Positions 35,921-45,151 of a stretch of DNA of 54,217 nt are shown piece by piece; the first letter of the stretch is position 1, and each line of letters begins with the position of its first letter. The position numbers and the translations under genes are program-made. This DNA comes from an uncultured virus (IMG/VR IMGVR_UViG_3300024354_000012) (Duplodnaviria; Heunggongvirae; Uroviricota; Caudoviricetes), in the IMG/VR virus record IMGVR_UViG_3300024354_000012. One strand, given 5' to 3'. Below the pieces are notes generated by a model, which was not told where the DNA came from, did no database searches, and worked only from the letters and a program-made list of their open reading frames with translations.

Positions 35921-37444
35921 ATGAACCCACCAGTCAACTTAACACCTTTACAAAAAGATTACGCAGTATATCTGCCAGCTATCAGCTGTTTCTTTAGCAC
36001 GTATATCAGTAAACAACGTTTCGAACAATTCGTTCCCGACGATCGTATTCCACAAGGTTTCGATCGTGGTATCGAAGGTATGAACTTTCTTAATCCTGAA
36101 CAAGGGTACTTTACTTACAAGTATGGTCTTTATTCCGCAGGACATGCTACACTAGATCTTAACAAGACTATGACCATGGATGCGATGATCCAAGATCGCG
36201 ATCGTGCTAACACTGTTATCGTTGGAGATTCCGGTGGATATCAGATTGGTAAAGGTGTTCTTAAGTTTGACTGGCAGAACTTTGAAGGCAAGGCTGCTAA
36301 TGATGTTCGTGATAAGATCCTTAATTGGCTAGAGCTAACTGCTGATTGGTCTATGTTGCTAGACGTTCCGACATGGGCTTGTGATCATATACACAGTCCA
36401 AAGACAGGTCTTAAGAGCTTCCAAGACTGTTTAGATAAAACTCTACATAATAACGATTACTTTATCCGTAATCGACTAGGACAAACTAAGTTTCTAAACG
36501 TGTTACAAGGCAGCGACTGGGAAACAGCCGATGCTTGGTATCAGGCTGTCAAACATCTTCCTACCGAAGGTTGGGCGATGGGTGGTAAGAACATGTGCGA
36601 CATGGAAATCGCACTTAAACGTCTTATCATATTGCGAGATGAAAAGCTGTTAGACGATCGTAATTGGATGCACTTCTTGGGTACAGCCCAATTAGATTGG
36701 TCTTGCTATTTGACTTCTATTCAAAGACAGATTAGGAAGAACGTAAATGAAAACTTTACCATATCTTTTGATTGCGCATCACCGTTTATCGCAACAGCAC
36801 ACGGGCTCGTCTACACAAACGCACAGCACACAAACAAACGCTGGTCAGTTATCATGGACAAAGCCCCAGACAACAAAGCCCTTAGCCAGGCTTTTCATGT
36901 CCCGTTCCCCTTCGAATCAGAAATAGGACGCAGGCTGTCAATCGGAGACATCTGCTGGTACAAACCAGGTATGTTAAACAAAGTCGGCAAAGAAGGCAAG
37001 ACAAGCTGGGACAGCTTTGGTTATGCGCTTATGATGGCACATAACACATATTGCCATATCGTTGCTGTACAACGTGCTAACAATCTCATGGATATCGAAA
37101 CTAAGAAGATACAGCCTGATTGGAAACTATGGCGTAAGGTCAAAGAAAACGATATGAGCGATGAATACTCTGATTGGGTTCCTCGCAATATCCTGTATTT
37201 TGATAGATTTGTCGAAGAGTTATTCAAATCAGAAACTCCGATGCAGATGATCGAACAGGCAAGACCTATGCTCAATGACATGATGGGTATGAGATTGAAA
37301 GGTGGTGTTGCTAAGAACACATACAATTCGCTGTTTGAAGAAGATCAAAAAACAGGAACAGTAGAAGACTTCATGGATCCAAATGATGAAGCACTTTTGG
37401 AATTAGAAGAACTCTATCACGAGCAGGAGGCTCAGCATGTATGA
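35921..37444 (+). CDS. TGT-fold guanine transglycosylase (DpdA-like, 7-deazaguanine insertion)
   Basis: GDSGGYQ, MLLDVP, NVLQG, GWAMGG, HFLG, SFDCASP and late HN are collinear with TGT motifs. It lacks the tRNA-TGT CxCxxC zinc site and sits near folE/queE. Confidence 0.8.
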   Translation: MNPPVNLTPLQKDYAVYLPAISCFFSTYISKQRFEQFVPDDRIPQGFDRGIEGMNFLNPEQGYFTYKYGLYSAGHATLDLNKTMTMDAMIQDRDRANTVIVGDSGGYQIGKGVLKFDWQNFEGKAANDVRDKILNWLELTADWSMLLDVPTWACDHIHSPKTGLKSFQDCLDKTLHNNDYFIRNRLGQTKFLNVLQGSDWETADAWYQAVKHLPTEGWAMGGKNMCDMEIALKRLIILRDEKLLDDRNWMHFLGTAQLDWSCYLTSIQRQIRKNVNENFTISFDCASPFIATAHGLVYTNAQHTNKRWSVIMDKAPDNKALSQAFHVPFPFESEIGRRLSIGDICWYKPGMLNKVGKEGKTSWDSFGYALMMAHNTYCHIVAVQRANNLMDIETKKIQPDWKLWRKVKENDMSDEYSDWVPRNILYFDRFVEELFKSETPMQMIEQARPMLNDMMGMRLKGGVAKNTYNSLFEEDQKTGTVEDFMDPNDEALLELEELYHEQEAQHV

Positions 37445-37652
37445 GAATCGAATCAAGCACTTACAAGAAGTACATCAACACCTAGATAACCAAATCGATA
37501 AAATGGAGCGAAATGGTAATTTCAAAGATGAAGAACTAGCTGCTTTGAAAAAGAAAAGGTTGTTTTTTAGAGACGAAATTGCTAAACTAGAACGTAAGCA
37601 ATGGGAACACGATCACGATACATTGGAACACTGGGATGACGAAGAAAGATAA
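37437..37652 (+). CDS. DUF465/YdcH-like coiled-coil protein
   Basis: HQHLDNQI...LKKKRLFFRDEI. Confidence 0.7.
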   Translation: MYENRIKHLQEVHQHLDNQIDKMERNGNFKDEELAALKKKRLFFRDEIAKLERKQWEHDHDTLEHWDDEER

Positions 37653-37866
37653 ACCAATTCCTCCGGCACAATTTGCTCTCAATAGGACTCAAGTCGAAAA
37701 ACTATCTAAAATGGCCGCGCACTTCAAAGAAGTAGAATGGTTTACCTTAGAGGAAAGCCATAGTAGCGGTATCGGTCCTACTGTCGTAGTTAAATTCAAT
37801 CTGTTCAACGATAACGACAAAGATAACGACACTACCGTCGATATCACTGACGTTTCAACTTGGTGA
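37636..37866 (+). CDS. Hypothetical protein
   Basis: Packed ORF ending DITDVSTW. Confidence 0.6.
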   Translation: MTKKDKPIPPAQFALNRTQVEKLSKMAAHFKEVEWFTLEESHSSGIGPTVVVKFNLFNDNDKDNDTTVDITDVSTW

Positions 37867-37869
37867 AAT

Positions 37870-38415
37870 ATGAAAAGAGATTATTCATCTGGACAAGCAG
37901 ACGACGCTGTATTTTTCACAGGTATTGAAGTAGAAAAAACTCCTGCCTTTGGATTAAAGACTTTATTCGTTGTAGGAGTACAGCCTACTAGCAAAATTCA
38001 TGCGGCAGCAGTAGCATATGGCTGTGAACATATCTATTTTGGCGCTAATCAAAGTTTTCCTAAGCTACAAGTCAACGACGGTGACGGATGGCGTCCATGG
38101 GAAGATATGATCCAAACAATGTTACGAAGTGGTCTTAGAGACGGACATCAATACCTATGTACTTTAGATCTTGATGTTAGTTGCGTAGAAGGTCTTCTTG
38201 AATCTGCGTGTTGCGAATATACAAATTTCATTCCGCAGATATCTGTAAAGATCCCCTATCTACAACAATTAGGCTATAATGCCACAATTAAAATCGACGA
38301 TAGAGATTTTAATGCTACTAATCACGGAGTGTGGTGCCATAACCTCCATGACCTACTGGGAAGAGATCGCTTCACTAGTTGGACCGAATATGGTAAAGAT
38401 GAGATTATAAAGTAA
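37870..38415 (+). CDS. Hypothetical protein in deazaguanine cluster
   Basis: GIEVEKTPAFGLKTLFV, HIYFGANQSF, KIDDRDF..TNHGVWCH. Confidence 0.7.
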   Translation: MKRDYSSGQADDAVFFTGIEVEKTPAFGLKTLFVVGVQPTSKIHAAAVAYGCEHIYFGANQSFPKLQVNDGDGWRPWEDMIQTMLRSGLRDGHQYLCTLDLDVSCVEGLLESACCEYTNFIPQISVKIPYLQQLGYNATIKIDDRDFNATNHGVWCHNLHDLLGRDRFTSWTEYGKDEIIK

Positions 38416-38744
38416 TGGCAACTGGACAATATGCTGTCGAAACAACAGCAAAAACACAAAGGCAAGTAATGAAACGATCTTTTAAACAAAAATTTCGATC
38501 TTGGTTATTCGACGAAGAAAGTTCTCAACCAATAGCTTCTCTCGGAATGGTCGAAGAAGCTAAACTACAATCAGAAGGTATGCGACTACAAATCTACAAG
38601 GCATCTGGCGGTTATGTAGTTGAAACTAGAAGCTATGATCGTTTAAAGGATCGTAGCGGTTGTAAGATGTTCGTTATCAAAGAAGAAGACGACCTAGGCA
38701 CAGAACTAGGAAAGATCGTCATGATGGAGGCATTAAGAGGATGA
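38415..38744 (+). CDS. Hypothetical protein
   Basis: TAATG-coupled ORF. Confidence 0.65.
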   Translation: MATGQYAVETTAKTQRQVMKRSFKQKFRSWLFDEESSQPIASLGMVEEAKLQSEGMRLQIYKASGGYVVETRSYDRLKDRSGCKMFVIKEEDDLGTELGKIVMMEALRG

Positions 38745-39136
38745 ATATTCGGCAGGACGTCCGCCCTAACAAAATGATTTGGGTCACTTTTCGCAAAGAA
38801 GGTATTCATAAATATCCAGCAGCCTTGGAAGATCCAAGTCTAGCTACTGGAGATGAATATGACGTATCGTTTTTGGGTTACCCTCATCGCCACATCTTTC
38901 ATTTCAGGGTGTGGATCAATGTGCTCCACAATGATAGGGACATCGAGTTCATCCAATTCAAACGATGGCTCGAGTCGCTGTATAATGGTCAAGGTGCCGT
39001 TCTAAGCCTTGACTACAAGAGTTGTGAGATGATGAGCGATGATTTACACGCTCAGATTATCGCAAAGTACCCAGGCCGCGAGGTTTGGATTGAGATCTCC
39101 GAAGACGGAGAAAATGGTTCATTCATCAAATATTAA
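38741..39136 (+). CDS. T-fold QueD-like protein (LxxxHRHxF type, DpdL-like)
   Basis: EGIHKY...LGYPHRHIFH...SCEMM...EDGENG; lacks the canonical QueD CxxxHGH. Confidence 0.7.
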   Translation: MNIRQDVRPNKMIWVTFRKEGIHKYPAALEDPSLATGDEYDVSFLGYPHRHIFHFRVWINVLHNDRDIEFIQFKRWLESLYNGQGAVLSLDYKSCEMMSDDLHAQIIAKYPGREVWIEISEDGENGSFIKY

Positions 39137-39150
39137 AACAAGAGGCTATA

Positions 39151-39417
39151 ATGTCTAAGAACTACAAGGAATATAAGTATTTCGCCAATCGCCCAGATGT
39201 CGTCAAGATTTTTGATGACTTAGATGCTTATCTCGACTTTTGTCGATTTGAGCTTCGTCCTTATAATCCTGCTGATCTTTATAGAAAAGACAGCGAACAC
39301 TATAGGGCATTTCTAAACTCTCAACGCCATAGCAATGGTGGTTATCATAATAACCACAATCATCAACGTAGAGATTTTAGACACAACAATAAGCCAAGAA
39401 ACTTCACAAGACAATGA
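39151..39417 (+). CDS. Hypothetical protein with H/N/R-rich tail
   Basis: GAGG SD; IFDDLDAYLDFCRFEL. Confidence 0.65.
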   Translation: MSKNYKEYKYFANRPDVVKIFDDLDAYLDFCRFELRPYNPADLYRKDSEHYRAFLNSQRHSNGGYHNNHNHQRRDFRHNNKPRNFTRQ

Positions 39418-40505
39418 CAGTATTTTTAGTTGATTTAGAAGCTGTCGAGACCAGGTACACGGGACAATGGAAGGCTCATGTACCTGAGCTCTTACGAAAA
39501 AGGGTACAAAATGTTCAAATTATCGATGGCCCTACGGATATTCCTGCTGCCACTACGCCTGGTGCTTTTCTCAATTTTGGTGGCACCAATGTATATAAGT
39601 CTAGTCAAGTTGAGAAGATTAGCAGACTATTTTGCGCCGGATCAGTGGGCCCTGGTGATCATTTTATTTTTACAGATGCGTGGCATCCTGGGATCATTAA
39701 CATCAAATACATGAGTGAGTTACTTGGCATTCCTGTCAAGATACACGCTCTATGGCATGCTGGTAGTTATGATCCTCAGGACTTCTTAGGGCGTCTTATT
39801 GGTAACGCAGGTTGGGTAAGACATGCCGAAAAGAGTTTTTTCCACGCGATTGATCACAATTATTTTGCTACAGAATTTCATATCAAGATGTTCGATGACA
39901 ATCTCTTGAATGATGAGATTTTTGAAAATCCATGGAGGCATGAGGATCTAAAAAATTATCGTGATGATGGTAAGATAATTCGATCTGGTTGGCCTATGGA
40001 GTATATGCCAGACACTTTGATCATGTACAAAAACATGCCAAAGAAAAATGTCATTCTTTTCCCACATCGACTTGCTCCAGAAAAGCAATTAGACATATTC
40101 ATGGACTTGAAGAAGCATCTTCCTCAATACGAATTCCGTGTATGTCAAGAATATCCATTGACCAAGAATGAATATCACAATATGCTGGGCGAAGCTAAAC
40201 TAGTGTTTAGTGCTAATTTACAAGAAACCTTAGGCATAAGTTGGTACGAAGGCGCACTAGTAGATGCTATTCCAATGGTGCCTGATAGACTCAGCTATAG
40301 CGAAATGGCATTAGATACATTTAAGTATCCGAGCAAATGGACAGAGTCTTTCGAATCGTACGACATCCATAGAAAAGAAGTCTGCCATAAGATTATCCAG
40401 TACATGGAAAATTACGAAAAATTCTTACCTAGCCTAAATAAACAAGTAGATATGTTAACTAAAGACTTCTTCAGTTGCGATAACTTGCTGAAGATGTTAA
40501 AATAA
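39414..40505 (+). CDS. GT-B (GT4-like) glycosyltransferase
   Basis: WHAGSYD, FPHRLAPEKQ, Ex7E motif ETLGISWYE, PDRLSYSE. Confidence 0.8.
   Translation: MTVFLVDLEAVETRYTGQWKAHVPELLRKRVQNVQIIDGPTDIPAATTPGAFLNFGGTNVYKSSQVEKISRLFCAGSVGPGDHFIFTDAWHPGIINIKYMSELLGIPVKIHALWHAGSYDPQDFLGRLIGNAGWVRHAEKSFFHAIDHNYFATEFHIKMFDDNLLNDEIFENPWRHEDLKNYRDDGKIIRSGWPMEYMPDTLIMYKNMPKKNVILFPHRLAPEKQLDIFMDLKKHLPQYEFRVCQEYPLTKNEYHNMLGEAKLVFSANLQETLGISWYEGALVDAIPMVPDRLSYSEMALDTFKYPSKWTESFESYDIHRKEVCHKIIQYMENYEKFLPSLNKQVDMLTKDFFSCDNLLKMLK
40475..40503 (+). promoter_or_regulatory. Sigma70-type promoter TTGCGA-N17-TAAAAT with extended -10 TG
   Basis: Upstream of ORF 40543 and folE. Confidence 0.55.
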
Positions 40506-40542
40506 TACATATGTCATCCACGACACAAACTCGGAGAAAAAA

Positions 40543-40941
40543 ATGTTAAAGTTTAAAACAATAGAAGATATAACTTCTACTAAAGAAGAATATGATCGAT
40601 TATACAATATGGATCATATTTTTGTAATTAGAAGCAAGAAACCCGATGACAACGATTTAACTAAAGCACTGTCGATATTCGAAAGAGACAACTTTGACTG
40701 GACTTCAACCCTCAGAGGTCCGTACAAAGGTCAACCAAAAATCACAAACGAATTAAATTATCAAGATTATGCTCACGGTTACGTGTTTGAAGTTAGTGAT
40801 GATAAGTTAATTAATTTCGAAAGAAAAGCATTCATGCTTATTATGACAACAGATTTTATCGTTGAAAAATTAGATATAGTAAGATCTAAAAAAGAAGCAT
40901 CAGACGAAATGTTTTACTCCCTATTTGAGGAACAAGAATAA
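40543..40941 (+). CDS. Hypothetical protein with C-terminal FYSLFE motif
   Basis: GGAGA SD; coupled to folE. Confidence 0.7.
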   Translation: MLKFKTIEDITSTKEEYDRLYNMDHIFVIRSKKPDDNDLTKALSIFERDNFDWTSTLRGPYKGQPKITNELNYQDYAHGYVFEVSDDKLINFERKAFMLIMTTDFIVEKLDIVRSKKEASDEMFYSLFEEQE

Positions 40942-41777
40942 TGACAAAAGAATTTACACCAGATCCTGTTATTAACGCAGAACTCAATAGAGAATTTATT
41001 AAGCAAGAATACGAACCTTTAGGTAAACCTGTGTTCATCAAGAAAGAAACAGGGTTAGATGCTATGAACGGCGACGGCGGATATGAACTAGCTAAACTAA
41101 GTGATCATTTACGTTTTAAAATGAAACGTGAAAACAAAAGATTCTGGGCCGGCGATAACATTAGCGATTTCCTAAGCGACGGTGATAAAGAAAAACTTAT
41201 CGACGAAGCAACTCTAGCATTTGAAAAAGTCTTAGATGTCTTGTTGATCGATCGCGAAAACGATCCCAATAGTAAAGGCACAGCTCGTCGCCTTGCTAAG
41301 ATGTACTTTAACGAAATAATGGCAGGAAGATATGACCCAGCACCAGACGCAACAGCATTTCCCAATGATTCGCAGGACCGTTACGAAGGTATGCTTGTTG
41401 TTCGCAGTGAGCTTCGCAGTATGTGTAGCCATCATCATCAACCCGTTACTGGCGTTGCTTATATTGGCATTATTGCCGCCGAGAAACTTATCGGACTCAG
41501 CAAGTACACACGTATCGCACAATGGTGTGCCCGTCGAGGTACTCTCCAGGAGGAACTGGCTAATGATATTGCTCGGGAGATCGAACGTGCCACAGGCGCC
41601 AAAGACCTAGGCGTTTATATTCAAGCCACTCATGGTTGCTGTGAGAATCGTGGCATCATGGCACACTCTAGTCTAACACAGACTACTGTACTAAAGGGTG
41701 CGTTTAAAGATGATCCGGGTACAAAGAAAGAGTTTATGGACAATATTAAACTTCAACAAGAGTTCGCTCCACGATAA
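40941..41777 (+). CDS. folE: GTP cyclohydrolase I
   Basis: TARRLAKMY, SMCSHHHQP, GLSKYTRI, LQEEL, HGCCENRG. Confidence 0.93.
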   Translation: MTKEFTPDPVINAELNREFIKQEYEPLGKPVFIKKETGLDAMNGDGGYELAKLSDHLRFKMKRENKRFWAGDNISDFLSDGDKEKLIDEATLAFEKVLDVLLIDRENDPNSKGTARRLAKMYFNEIMAGRYDPAPDATAFPNDSQDRYEGMLVVRSELRSMCSHHHQPVTGVAYIGIIAAEKLIGLSKYTRIAQWCARRGTLQEELANDIAREIERATGAKDLGVYIQATHGCCENRGIMAHSSLTQTTVLKGAFKDDPGTKKEFMDNIKLQQEFAPR

Positions 41778-41788
41778 AGGATAAAACA

Positions 41789-42268
41789 ATGAAGTGGTTT
41801 TTAAACTTCCTAGAACGCATTGGTCGTAAACGTATCATCCTCGATAGAGAATCTAACGAACCATATCTCGAAAGATATTATGTCTTTCTCAAAGATAGGT
41901 CTTGGTTTCCCTTCAATGTGTTCTTACACAAATTCTTAAAGTCAGATCCCGACGATGTACACGATCATCCTTGGCCGTATGCCACTCTCATCCTTAAAGG
42001 CGGATACTACGAGTGGGTTCCTAAATTTAACGGCAACGGAGAAATGATCGGACAGGTCCGTCATTGGCGTGGCCCTGGTCATTTTCGTGTATGTAATCCC
42101 ACTTCTTATCATCGTATCGAACTTAAAGAAGGTGTTACAGCATGGACGTTGTTTATGCCTGGACCACATCGTAGGGAGTGGGGATTCCTTGTTAAAGGTA
42201 AGGAATGGATACAACATGAACAATATATTGAACAAAGGAAAAAGTTAAATGTACAAACGAACGGTTAG
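41789..42268 (+). CDS. Cupin-fold protein
   Basis: LHKF..SD...HDHPW...ILKGGYYE...YHRIEL...WTLF..GP..REWGF. Confidence 0.7.
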   Translation: MKWFLNFLERIGRKRIILDRESNEPYLERYYVFLKDRSWFPFNVFLHKFLKSDPDDVHDHPWPYATLILKGGYYEWVPKFNGNGEMIGQVRHWRGPGHFRVCNPTSYHRIELKEGVTAWTLFMPGPHRREWGFLVKGKEWIQHEQYIEQRKKLNVQTNG

Positions 42269-42746
42269 TTGGTACGATTTACAAAAAACAGTTAATAAAA
42301 TTTGTCGGGACGTCACATTAACAGGTTGGCGTCCTGATTATGTTGTAGGCATCACACGTGGTGGATTGCTACCAGCTGTAATGATCAGTCATTATTTCGA
42401 TATACCCTGTAACACATTAAAAGTCTGTCTTAGAGACAACGAAGAAACAGAAAGCAATCTGTGGATGGCTGAAGATGCATTTGCTGGTAAGAAAATTCTT
42501 GTCGTCGATGACATCAATGATTCAGGTGCCACCATTAATTGGTTATTAAAAGATTGGCCTAGTGGATGTTTTCCAAATGATCCCAAATGGGAAAGTATAT
42601 GGGGAGATAATGTTCGCTTTGCCGTCCTGTTCGATAACTTAGCTTCTAAAGCACAAGTATCCGCAGACTACGTCGGTGAAGAAATCAATAAAGCCGAAGA
42701 CGATTGTTGGATAGACTTTCCTTATGAAGATTGGTGGACAAAATGA
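42249..42746 (+). CDS. Type I phosphoribosyltransferase (xanthine-guanine PRT-like)
   Basis: VVGITRGGLLPA, PRPP loop ILVVDDINDSGAT, WIDFPYE. Confidence 0.88.
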   Translation: MYKRTVSWYDLQKTVNKICRDVTLTGWRPDYVVGITRGGLLPAVMISHYFDIPCNTLKVCLRDNEETESNLWMAEDAFAGKKILVVDDINDSGATINWLLKDWPSGCFPNDPKWESIWGDNVRFAVLFDNLASKAQVSADYVGEEINKAEDDCWIDFPYEDWWTK

Positions 42747-42973
42747 TAGACGAAAAAGTAAAATTACATTGTACAGACAACGGCAAAGACCTCGATGGAC
42801 ATATTCTGTCTTACAAGCCTAAAGCATATCTAGAAGTAGCTGTACAAACATTAAAGATTCGTATGGCGTATCAAGAACGCACTAAGGTATTTGTAGGCAG
42901 CGTAGGCGGAAAAGAATTCGTTCTAAAAGAATCCAATCTGCCTACCGAACGCAAGGAGTTTAGTAGAAAATGA
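42743..42973 (+). CDS. Hypothetical protein
   Basis: ATGA-coupled; start re-placed to 42743. Confidence 0.6.
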   Translation: MIDEKVKLHCTDNGKDLDGHILSYKPKAYLEVAVQTLKIRMAYQERTKVFVGSVGGKEFVLKESNLPTERKEFSRK

Positions 42974-43359
42974 GCAACGAAGCACACACATTAAGCGATG
43001 CCAAAGCAGAAGGTGTAGCACCATGGGATGATCTTGTAGAAGAAGATTTCCATGTTGCTGTTTTTAAAGATAGATATCCTGTCACAGAAGGACATCTTTT
43101 GTTTGTACCGCAATATGATGCTGACGGCATCATAGCCGATGCGTTCCGAGATGCTTTACGCAAAGGTAGAGAAATGATGGCTAATAACGAATGCGATGGA
43201 TTCAACATCGGAATCAATGTTGGTAAAGCAGCAGGCCAAACAGTAATGTATCCGCATGTACATCTCATTCCTAGAAGAAATGGCGATATGGCCGATCCTA
43301 GAGGCGGTGTACGTCATGTTATTCCTGAAAAAGGTAATTACAAGAAGGAGACTGTATGA
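42970..43359 (+). CDS. HIT-family nucleotide hydrolase
   Basis: DRYPVTEGHLLFVP, GFNIGINVGKAAGQTVMYPHVHLIPR. Confidence 0.9.
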   Translation: MSNEAHTLSDAKAEGVAPWDDLVEEDFHVAVFKDRYPVTEGHLLFVPQYDADGIIADAFRDALRKGREMMANNECDGFNIGINVGKAAGQTVMYPHVHLIPRRNGDMADPRGGVRHVIPEKGNYKKETV

Positions 43360-43568
43360 CAAATAAAATCAAAGAAGGTAGTAAATGGCGTGCCGGGGAT
43401 AAAACATTCCATGTATTGAGTGTTGTCGAAATAAACAATAATATTTGGGTACACTATATCGAAGATACAAAACTGTCATTAAACGGCGACAAACTGCCAG
43501 GCGAAAAGGAGTACAGTTGTTTTGCTGAAAGCTTCGTCAGTAGGTTCACACCCTTTGAAAACTATTAA
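43356..43568 (+). CDS. Hypothetical protein
   Basis: AAGGAG SD; GSKW...WVHY...YSCFAESFVSRF. Confidence 0.65.
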   Translation: MTNKIKEGSKWRAGDKTFHVLSVVEINNNIWVHYIEDTKLSLNGDKLPGEKEYSCFAESFVSRFTPFENY

Positions 43569-43755
43569 GATTCCGTGGTCTTCTAAACTCGACAACATAC
43601 CAAAATGGGATGAAGTGAGTATCAAGATCGTACAAACATTTGGTTTACCAGGACACAAGTATCGTTGCGAAATGAGTACCGAGGCTATGATATATCATTT
43701 TGAAAACGAACAAGATTGCTTTTTATGTAAACTGATGGTGAGTGAATATCTATGA
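43522..43755 (+). CDS. Hypothetical small protein (start uncertain)
   Basis: FGLPGHKY...FENEQDCFLCKL. Confidence 0.55.
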   Translation: MLKASSVGSHPLKTIKIPWSSKLDNIPKWDEVSIKIVQTFGLPGHKYRCEMSTEAMIYHFENEQDCFLCKLMVSEYL

Positions 43756-44570
43756 GCATAGCATTATTCTTAGGCGATAGTCATACCTGTGGGTATGTAA
43801 CAGTGCCAGGACAACAAGGGCCTGGAACATATACCATGTGGAACAATAACAATTATGCCGAATCATATGCTAGACAAAATAACAAAAAAACTGTTATCTA
43901 TGCTGTGCCTGGAAGTTGTAATAGAGTCTACCCCGATTGGTTAAGATCTATGTTGGACAAATATCCAGATATAGATGAAGTATATGTATTGTTAGCTTAT
44001 TGGAATAGATTTGTTTTAGGGTTCAATGAAACCCTATCTCCTTCTGTTTTGCCAGCTGATTATTTTACTACACACGTAATGAACAAAGACAATTTAATAG
44101 ATATCTATCAAGATGTACTGTTCAAAGAAGATCGATTCCAACTATACAATAAACCCACTTATGAAGATTTTTCAAGCGGAGCATCTGTTAGTTTTAACTA
44201 TCAAAATGCTTTAGTTGATCCGGATCTAAGAAAAGACAGCTTTATGAAAGTCAAATTATTCTTTGATCTAAATACACACCTAGAACAAAGAGATTTTTTT
44301 AAAGATGTATACACAATGGATAATATGTGCCATGATAGGAATTGTCGTTTATTTTTCTTTAACATGACTGATCGCATGAAGTTTCCTGATTCATTTGATT
44401 TTTATGGAAAGCTAAAAGCTACAACAGTAGCACCAATGTCTGTAGAATCGTATTTTAAAAGCAAATTCATAGATCATAAAAAATATTACATAGAAGACGG
44501 TGAGCATTACAATCAAGAATATCACGACCTTATTGCGAGCAGATTTATTCCATGGCTAAAGACTCAGTAA
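43752..44570 (+). CDS. SGNH/GDSL-like hydrolase-fold protein
   Basis: LFLGDSHTCG, YAVPGSCN, DGEHYN (DxxH). Confidence 0.6.
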   Translation: MSIALFLGDSHTCGYVTVPGQQGPGTYTMWNNNNYAESYARQNNKKTVIYAVPGSCNRVYPDWLRSMLDKYPDIDEVYVLLAYWNRFVLGFNETLSPSVLPADYFTTHVMNKDNLIDIYQDVLFKEDRFQLYNKPTYEDFSSGASVSFNYQNALVDPDLRKDSFMKVKLFFDLNTHLEQRDFFKDVYTMDNMCHDRNCRLFFFNMTDRMKFPDSFDFYGKLKATTVAPMSVESYFKSKFIDHKKYYIEDGEHYNQEYHDLIASRFIPWLKTQ

Positions 44571-45151
44571 AAATCCTAATCGCCGGAGATAGTTTTGCTG
44601 CTAAATGGCCTGGCAAAGGTTGGCCTGATCTGTTATCTGAATATATCAATGTGACTAATCTAGCACAAGCCGGTGTAGGCGAATACAAGATTCTAGAACA
44701 GATAAAATCAGCAAATCTACAAGATTATTCTGCTGTAATCGTTTGCCATACCAGTCCTAGTAGAGTACATACCAGATCACATCCTATTCATAAAACAGGG
44801 CTACATGAAAATTGTGATTTGATATGGACTGATATCGAATCTCATAAAGATTATTTCAATAGTAGTTTGAAAGCAGCTAAAGGATATTTCCAACATCATT
44901 ACGATGATCAATATTACAAAGACATTTACAGCTTGATTAGGAAAGAAATATCTAATATAATAGATATACCATACATATCTGTAGATAATCTAAAAGCTAG
45001 CACAGAGTTTAAGTTTGAAACAAATTCAATAGACTTTAGCGACTACTGGTTAGAAAATAGAGGAAATACAAACCATTTTAACGAACAAGGAAACAGTTAC
45101 GTATGTCAGACATTACTAACGAAACTAAAAAGCATTGGACTATCACTTTAG
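44552..45151 (+). CDS. SGNH/GDSL-like hydrolase-fold protein
   Basis: LIAGDSFAA, NLAQAGVG, NHFNEQGN. Confidence 0.6.
   Translation: MAKDSVKILIAGDSFAAKWPGKGWPDLLSEYINVTNLAQAGVGEYKILEQIKSANLQDYSAVIVCHTSPSRVHTRSHPIHKTGLHENCDLIWTDIESHKDYFNSSLKAAKGYFQHHYDDQYYKDIYSLIRKEISNIIDIPYISVDNLKASTEFKFETNSIDFSDYWLENRGNTNHFNEQGNSYVCQTLLTKLKSIGLSL

Noticed and set aside
35921..37444. Ordinary tRNA-guanine transglycosylase (tgt)
   Set aside because: It lacks the CxCxxC zinc site, is much longer and divergent, and has replication-gene context plus a clamp-like motif. DNA-acting is preferred but unproven.
40505..40545. Possible preQ1 or folate riboswitch upstream of ORF 40543/folE
   Set aside because: Only a 4-bp stem (TGTC-ATCCAC-GACA) in a ~35-nt leader; no preQ1-I or THF consensus is recognisable.
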